Positions 57,334 through 64,000 of a DNA stretch of 64,000 nucleotides are shown one piece after another. Below the pieces are notes generated by a model. The model was not told where the DNA came from. It did no database searches and was given only the letters and a program-made list of their open reading frames with translations. A program made the translations under genes and the position numbers. Position 1 is the stretch's first letter. Each line of letters opens with the position of its first letter. The stretch comes from Rebecca billardiae RCC1528 (lineage: Eukaryota > Protista > Haptophyta), in NCBI GenBank assembly GCA_965240325.2, contig OZ251225.1:2728001-2792000 (forward strand), written 5' to 3'.

Positions 57334-57594
57334 TATAAGTGCTATCTTTTTTCTTCATACGTCAGTCTTTGCCCTAGTCTCGCGTGCCTGAGCTGTGTGC
57401 GGCTCTTATTCTGAGTGAACTGTATCTCGCCTGCGACTGAGAGCTGTGTGGGTCTCTTATTCTTAGTAAACTGTATACACTCACACTGCTGATCTATCTA
57501 GCTTACAATAAATGTAGCATCTAAGCTATTATCTTCGTTCGCGATGACTCTCATCGACTGCTTGTACTACTACTATTGCTTCCGGATACTGTGT

Positions 57595-57684
<90 letters not shown>

Positions 57685-57700
57685 ACTACTACTACTAACT
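57595..57700. repeat. (CTA)n microsatellite
   Basis: Read directly. Confidence 0.95.
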
Positions 57701-58579
57701 AAGCAGTACTCAGTAGTTCGATACTAATGCGATCGTCTGGCAGACTGCTGCATGGCAGACTCTATCTACTCACTACTCTATCTACTGGCCTACTGGATAC
57801 GACGGGAACGTTGTCTGAAGTCAGCTAACAGTAGCTACAGCACAGAATAATACGCGCGCGGTCGTGTAGTACTCTATTCGGCATGATCATGGACCAGGCA
57901 TCGTCAACTATATATATACATACACATATATATATATGTATATATATATAGAGAGAGATGAATAAAGCGCTCGGAATACAGACAGCACTCAGCAGCAGTG
58001 ACGATAGTCGATACTGACTATGATGAACAGCAGCGTCCAAAAAGCAGCAGCCGATTCCGATGTCTGTCCGCCTGCTATGACTACGAGAATGTATGACGAA
58101 CTGAGCGTCATCTAAGCTCTGTCTGTAAGCAGACACGCCGAGACGTCACTTAGAAAAGAATCAGCATTGGCAGTGCGAGTCAGCTTAGCGTGACTTAGTC
58201 CGACAGCGGGGCAACGACCGGCGGCCGCTGCTCATGCTGAGCTCAGGCTCGGCGACGGCTGACGCGGGTGTTGCATGTGCAGCAGTCCGCCTGCATCAAT
58301 GTATTTGTTTAAAAAAACACTCATTGACTAGCTACCCCATACTCATTCTATGATTTAACGACACAGGTAGGACGACGCGGGTCTCCTGATTCGTCGGCGG
58401 CAGTGCCCGATCGTCGAAACGAAGTCGGCGTTGGTGGCAGAGTCTCCGCAGAGCATAGCCCGCACCGCGATCGTAAAGCTACAGTACTACTACACTCCGC
58501 CGGTAACGTGACTGTAATATGTATTACAAATTACAATAAAAATCAACGTAGTACCCCCAGCATACAGATGAATGAATGG

Positions 58580-58626
<47 letters not shown>

Positions 58627-58667
58627 TATATATATAGATAGATAGTGTGTGTGTGTGTGTGTGTGTG

Positions 58668-58706
<39 letters not shown>

Positions 58707-58733
58707 TGTGTGTGTGTGTGTGTGAGTGTGTGT
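58580..58733. repeat. Compound (GA)n/(TA)n/(TG)n microsatellite
   Basis: Read directly. Confidence 0.95.
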
Positions 58734-58857
58734 AACATATATCTGCTCATTTTTATATTCGTTCATAATAACCGCGTCCGATCTAAGCTATACTGCCGAA
58801 GACTATGCAGTAGTTAAATACTGACTCGGGCACGCGCGGCGTCCTAGCTCGACCTCA

Positions 58858-60270
58858 TCACAGAGGCAGCTTCCACAAGCCGAGCACCCTCATGAAGTGT
58901 TCGTGTGGGCCAAATCGAGCCTGGGCCTGCGCGCTGTGGTTGAGCCGCCACTGCCAGCGATCTGCGTCCGGATCTGGGTCATCCGGTGCGGGCCCAGGCT
59001 TCTTCACGTCCAGCTGCATGTCGGGCGGCAGCGTCTCGTTAAGGATACTGCCGTCGTAGCCTATCGCGAGGATGGGCGGGCGCAAGGAGTACGGCTGGTC
59101 GAGAAGGTTCAGTTGCCAAAAAGAGCCAAAGCCCCTTCCTGGGATGAAGCCCTTGGCGGATTTCTTGTTCGTGCCGTACGGGAAGAACGTGGACAGGAAG
59201 TACTTGGCGCCCGACGCGTTCACCGCGCGCAGCACCTCGCCGACGCGCTCAGGCGAGAAGTGGAAGAGCAGGTCACGCATGATCACCAGGTCGGCCGGCC
59301 AGAGCCGCTGCTTCGCCACGTCAAACGGCATGAAGGAGACGCGGCCCGGCTCGCCAAAGACGCTGTCGAGCGCGTGCACGAGCTCGGGCACGAGGTCCAA
59401 CCCCGTGTACCGCACGCCCATCCGGCGCATCCGCGCCGCGCCAGGCGTGCCACTCGAGCTGTGCACCAGGCTGCGCATGTAGGAGAAGTCGCCGCACGGC
59501 ACGTCGACGATGGAGCGGATGCCGAGGCCCTCGACGATGGCGGGCAGCGCCGTGCGGATGCCAAAGGTCGCAAGCAGCGTGCTGCCCGGGCCGCTACCCG
59601 TCCAGAACGTGTTGCTCCCGCCATACGCCTGACTCGCAGACAGCCCGCTGCTCCGGGCGCGCGCCACGAGGTCCCCGTAGTACCTGGCGTACTTCTGTTT
59701 GGCATACAGAGCGTCTGCCGTTGTGTTGCGAGTAGCGCGGGTGGCGCGCAGCGCGAGCTCGTTGTCCACGCTGCAGTCCGCACCGCCGTAGCGCGTCAGG
59801 GGGTGCTGGCCCTGTTGGAGCGCGCACGCACACCGACCCTGCGACGTGCACACCCCGTGCTTCGGGCCAGAGCATGCATTCGGGTCACTCGGCTCGCACG
59901 TGCGCCGCGACGCTCGGTGCGGGCGCAGCAGCGACTCGAGCGATCGGCACGTGATGGCATCTCGCTCCAGATCACACGTCGGCACGCGCGTCTGCATGCA
60001 CGGAGAGCCATCACGCGGGCTCCGTGGGGCCACTGCCGACGAGTCGGGCGCGCACTGCGCCATGAAGGCCGCGCTCGTGGTGGTCGTCAACCGATTGACA
60101 CGCGCCTTCACCCCGGGGTCCCGGCACGCACCATCGAGGTGCGTGCTCATGAGCACCTGCCCGCGCACGAGCACTGCGCGAAGACGTTCGCACTCCTCGG
60201 CCTCGCCGGCAGCACGCCCGTTGGGCGTGCACGCGAGCACCGCGAGCAGCACCAGCGCCGACCGCCTCAT
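58858..60270 (-). CDS. Secreted EGF-like plus class I SAM-methyltransferase-like protein, copy 1 (470 aa)
   Basis: Signal peptide MRRSALVLLAVLAC. EGF-like CSGPKHGVC..GRCAC..YGGADC. SGPGS, IVDVPCGDFSYM (motif I), YTGLDLV, DLVIMRDLLFHF. Confidence 0.75.
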   Translation of the reverse strand: MRRSALVLLAVLACTPNGRAAGEAEECERLRAVLVRGQVLMSTHLDGACRDPGVKARVNRLTTTTSAAFMAQCAPDSSAVAPRSPRDGSPCMQTRVPTCDLERDAITCRSLESLLRPHRASRRTCEPSDPNACSGPKHGVCTSQGRCACALQQGQHPLTRYGGADCSVDNELALRATRATRNTTADALYAKQKYARYYGDLVARARSSGLSASQAYGGSNTFWTGSGPGSTLLATFGIRTALPAIVEGLGIRSIVDVPCGDFSYMRSLVHSSSGTPGAARMRRMGVRYTGLDLVPELVHALDSVFGEPGRVSFMPFDVAKQRLWPADLVIMRDLLFHFSPERVGEVLRAVNASGAKYFLSTFFPYGTNKKSAKGFIPGRGFGSFWQLNLLDQPYSLRPPILAIGYDGSILNETLPPDMQLDVKKPGPAPDDPDPDADRWQWRLNHSAQAQARFGPHEHFMRVLGLWKLPL

Positions 60271-60384
60271 CTTCCTGGGGGGGGCGATTCCGGCGCCCAT
60301 GCGGATGCACGATCGATCGGATCGATACGTGTATGCTGGATTATTGCTGGTCGGGTTTAACCGCCTTCGTGTATTCCCGTGAAA

Positions 60385-60612
60385 TTCCGACCAGGTCAGG
60401 CAGTGCGCCATCCCCAGCCCTGCCCCGGCCCTGAGGGAGCGGGGCGGGATGGACTGGAGCACCGCCTCGGCCAGGGGCACGCGGCGGCGACGGCAGATGC
60501 CGCCGCGGCCGAGCGCCTTCCGGAGCACTTGGATGAGGGTGAGGTCGTAGTCGATGTCGCCGCCCGCCGACCTAGCTGCGAGCAGCTGCGGCAGGCGGCC
60601 GAGCCGCGGCTG
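60385..60612 (-). repeat. Inverted copy of 54900-55118
   Basis: Reverse-complement alignment by eye. Confidence 0.85.
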
Positions 60613-60829
60613 TCGCCCGTACTCCGTAGCTCACAGCCGCGCCCGCGTGGGCGCCTGGAACGGCCTGGATGAGGATTATGAGGTCGTAGTACTCGCGCCG
60701 CCGCGCGCCCGCGGCCAAGCGGCGCGCAGCTGAAGAAGACGAGGGGCTTAAGTTAATAAACATTGAAATCATCGATTAGCGTCTAGCCAACACGCGCGGC
60801 GGCGCCTCCATGGCTCGTCATCACCACAG

Positions 60830-62242
60830 TCACAGAGGCAGCTTCCACAAGCCGAGCACCCTCATGAAGTGCTCGTGTGGGCCAAATCGAGCCTTGGCCT
60901 GCGCGCTGTGGTTGAGCCGCCACCGCCAGCGATCTGCGTCAGGATCTGGGTCATCCGGTGCTGGCCCCTGCTTCTGCACGTCCAGCTGCATCTCGGGCGG
61001 CAGCGTCTTGTTGACGACACTGCCGTCGTAGCCTATCGCGAGGATGGGCGGGCGCAAGGAGTACGGCTGGTCGAGAAGGTTCAGTGGCCAAAAGGAGCCA
61101 AAGCTCCTCCCTGGGATGAAATACTTGGCGGATACCTTGTTCACGCCGTACGGGAAGAACGTGGACAGAAAGTACTGGGCGCCCGACGCGTTCACCGCGC
61201 GCAGCACCTCGCCGACGCGCTCAGGCGAGAAGTGGAAGAGCAGGTCACGCATGATCACCAGGTCGGCCGGCCAGAGCCGCTGCTTCGCCACGTCAAACGG
61301 CATGAAGGAGACGCGGCCCGGCTCGCCAAAGACGCTGTCGAGCGCGTGCACGAGCTCGGGCACGAGGTCCAACCCCGTGTACCGCACGCCCATCCGGCGC
61401 ATCCGCGCCGCGCCAGGCGTGCCACTCGAGCTGTGCACCAGGCTGCGCATGTAGGAGAAGTCGCCGCACGGCACGTCGACGATGGAGCGGATGCCGAGGC
61501 CCTCGACGATGGCGGGCAGCGCCGTGCGGATGCCAAAGGTCGCAAGCAGCGTGCTGCCCCGGCCGCTACCCGTCCAGAACGTGTTGCTCCCGCCATACGC
61601 CTGACTCGCAGACAGCCTGCTGCTCCGGGCGCGCGCCACGAGCCCCCCGTAGTACCTGGCGTACATCTGTTTGGCATACAGAGCATCTGCCGTTGTGTTG
61701 CGAGTAGCGCGGGTGGCGCGCAGCGCGAGCTCGTTGTCCACGCTGCAGTCCGCACCGCCGTAGCGCGTCAGGGGGTGCTGGCCCTGTTGGAGCGCGCACG
61801 CACACCGACCCTGCGACGTGCACACCCCGTGCTTCGGGCCAGAGCATGCATTCGAGTCACTCGGCTCGCAAGCGCGCCGCGACGCTCGGTGCGGGCGCAG
61901 CAGCGACTCGAGCGATCGGCACGTGATGGCATCTCGCTCCAGATCACACGTCGGCACGCGCGTCTGCATGCACGGAGAGCCATCACGCGGGCTCCGTGGG
62001 GCCACTGCCGACGAGTCGGGCGCGCACTGCGCCATGAAGGCCGCGCTCGTGGTGGTCGTCAACCGATTGACACGCGCCTTCACCCCGGGGTCCCGGCACG
62101 CACCATCGAGGTGCGTGCTCATGAGCACCTGCCCGCGCACGAGCACTGCGCGAAGACGTTCGCACTCCTCGGCCTCGCCGGCAGCACGCCCGTTGGGCGT
62201 GCACGCGAGCACCGCGAGCAGCACCAGCGCCGACCGCCTCAT
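60830..62242 (-). CDS. Secreted EGF-like plus methyltransferase-like protein, copy 2 (470 aa)
   Basis: Same length as copy 1 (1413 nt) and nearly identical. Confidence 0.75.
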   Translation of the reverse strand: MRRSALVLLAVLACTPNGRAAGEAEECERLRAVLVRGQVLMSTHLDGACRDPGVKARVNRLTTTTSAAFMAQCAPDSSAVAPRSPRDGSPCMQTRVPTCDLERDAITCRSLESLLRPHRASRRACEPSDSNACSGPKHGVCTSQGRCACALQQGQHPLTRYGGADCSVDNELALRATRATRNTTADALYAKQMYARYYGGLVARARSSRLSASQAYGGSNTFWTGSGRGSTLLATFGIRTALPAIVEGLGIRSIVDVPCGDFSYMRSLVHSSSGTPGAARMRRMGVRYTGLDLVPELVHALDSVFGEPGRVSFMPFDVAKQRLWPADLVIMRDLLFHFSPERVGEVLRAVNASGAQYFLSTFFPYGVNKVSAKYFIPGRSFGSFWPLNLLDQPYSLRPPILAIGYDGSVVNKTLPPEMQLDVQKQGPAPDDPDPDADRWRWRLNHSAQAKARFGPHEHFMRVLGLWKLPL

Positions 62243-62819
62243 CTTCCTGGGGGGGGCGATCCGGCGCCCATGCGGATGCACGATCGATCGGATCGATGCT
62301 GGTCGGGTTTCGTTGTCTAATTTCCGGTTTTACCCGCCTTCGTGTATTCCCGTGCAATACACTGTCTGCTAGTAGTAGCAGTGCTACTATTTCACTCGGG
62401 CCGATCGACAACAGCCCTGCTCAGGCTGGTCCACTCTCGGAGCAAAGCTGCATGGCGAGCTGTGTTGCCACCGGAAGGGCACCGGGCGCGTGCACGTTCA
62501 CGAATAACTACTGCACACCTCCGAGCGCCAAAAGCGGCGCGGCTTCAGGCTCAACTCCGGCTGTGGTGATAGCAGTTACTCAATGAGCTGATAGCAATTA
62601 TTAGCAGTTACTCAATAACTCATTAGCATGCTCGGACGGACAACGTGATCGATGGCTGAGTCTAGTGCGTGCATCAGTCGCGCGATATCACTTCTCTTGC
62701 CGATCTTCCGCGAACGGTATACATGGCTTACATCGCGCCTACAGTTTACTGTGATTTTATTTTTAACGTGCACACTTGGTTAAGGCGTGATTACGTGCTG
62801 ACGACTGTATTCTGCTGCT

Positions 62820-62823
<4 letters not shown>

Positions 62824-62867
<44 letters not shown>
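62824..62867. repeat. (TA)n microsatellite
   Basis: Read directly. Confidence 0.95.
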
Positions 62868-62870
<3 letters not shown>

Positions 62871-63844
62871 CCGACGACCCATTCAGCCACTCCGCCAGCA
62901 CGTCGGTTCCGAACAGAGGTCGAGATGTGCGGTATTCCGATGGCGGAAAGCCTGCGTTTCATGTCATGCTCTCTCTCTCTCCGTCTCTCTCTCGCTCGCT
63001 CGCGTTCAAACTTAATCTGCTCATCTCGTAATCGTCTCATCTCTGTAGCACTTGAGAGCCTGACTACAATCGGGCGGTAGGAAATTAGCAGAGTCTGAAC
63101 TGCCTTGCCTTACCTTACCTTACCTTCTTCACGGCGGCGGCGTGGCGGACACCTATTTGGAAATACGCTTCACAGGTAAGATTCCGTCCGAAACCCAATA
63201 CGAGCCGTCGCGTTTGCGGCCTAGCGGGGCGCATCTCTTTGTTGGCAGCAAAACACGCTTCACGCGCCGTTTTGCGGTTTTCGATGGGCCTTGACTATGG
63301 GGCGGCTCCAACTTGGATTCCTCAACGGTGCTCGTGATGCTCTCTGAACATGCAACGAAAGTACTCACACTGAGTCACAGCCGCTCCTAGAAGTCCTAGT
63401 CTCAAAAATGACCAAAAGCCCCAGAACTCAGAACTCACAAGTCACAGAAGGCGCCGCGCGTGAATACTGTCCTGCCTGAGCTGTGTGCGTCTCTTATTCT
63501 TAGTAAACTGTAGAGTGTAGTGCAATGCGACCAGGTGGTCAGTACAGAGTAGTCTCTTCTTAATTAAGGGAAACGGTTCGGTGCTCGCCGTCTCGCCTAA
63601 TCCGAAATGTCCGAATCCCGGTGGCTGAAAGGCGGAAAATCCGCCAGGTATAACGAACGGACTATCTCGCCTGCCTGAGCTGCGTGCGTCTCTTATTCTT
63701 AGTAAACTGTATATCGTTGAATCATAGAATGAGTATAAAGCGGCAAAGCACGGTGCCTGTGGCTGTGACTTCACGGACGGGCAGACCGAGCCGTCTCGTC
63801 CGAGCGTCTAGTCAGACACTCGCGCGGCCGGTCCATGCTCGTCA

Positions 63845-64000
63845 TCACCACAGAGGCAGCTTCCACAAGCAGAGCACCCTCACGAAGTGCTCGTGCTCGT
63901 GATATAGAGCAGTGCCCTGAGCGCTGTGGTTGAGCCGCCACCGCCAGCGATCTGCGTCAGGATCTGGGTCATCCGGTGCTGGCCCCTGCTTCTGCACGTC
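63845..64000 (-). CDS. 3' end of a third methyltransferase-like copy, running off the window
   Basis: Translates as DVQKQGPAPDDPDPDADRWRWRLNHSAQGTALYHEHEHFVRVLCLWKLPLW*. Confidence 0.7.
   Translation of the reverse strand, partial: DVQKQGPAPDDPDPDADRWRWRLNHSAQGTALYHEHEHFVRVLCLWKLPLW

Noticed and set aside
63104-63126. (CCTTA)n as an interstitial telomere
   Set aside because: Only 3-4 units, and not a CCCTAA or CCTAA repeat.
43306-63712. 45-bp repeats as a CRISPR array
   Set aside because: Dispersed, in both orientations, no regular spacers, no cas genes, eukaryotic context.

Overview
Very GC-rich eukaryotic nuclear DNA with short GC-rich spliceosomal introns (every donor I inferred is GTRCG), compact head-to-head gene pairs and AT-richer microsatellite spacers. 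The style suggests a haptophyte-like alga, but this is inference. Recognisable genes: 3' end of a thaumatin-like gene, EamA/DMT transporter, BUB3, three GT25-like paralogues, an MFS transporter facing a secreted Asp-box/beta-propeller-like protein, WDR43/UTP5, an Sfi1-like W-repeat protein, a patatin/lysophospholipase-like protein, organellar IF2, a pepsin-like protease, and three copies (one cut by the window end) of a secreted EGF plus SAM-methyltransferase gene. Mobile DNA: an intact, young Ty1/copia element (327-bp LTRs with no difference found by eye, ATCAT TSD, non-iMet PBS, unusual hydrophobic insert), three Helentron/HINE-like elements of two families (two share ends but have unrelated interiors), a MITE-like element and a dispersed TA-flanked 45-bp unit. 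The best candidates for something new are two TIR-like genes flanking WDR43: a spliced fusion of a nucleoside-hydrolase-like domain, a multi-pass membrane region and a TIR-like domain (19998-23568, -), and a TIR-like plus exon-modular LRR protein (26720-30664, +). All domain calls come from recognising motifs by eye, with no database search.
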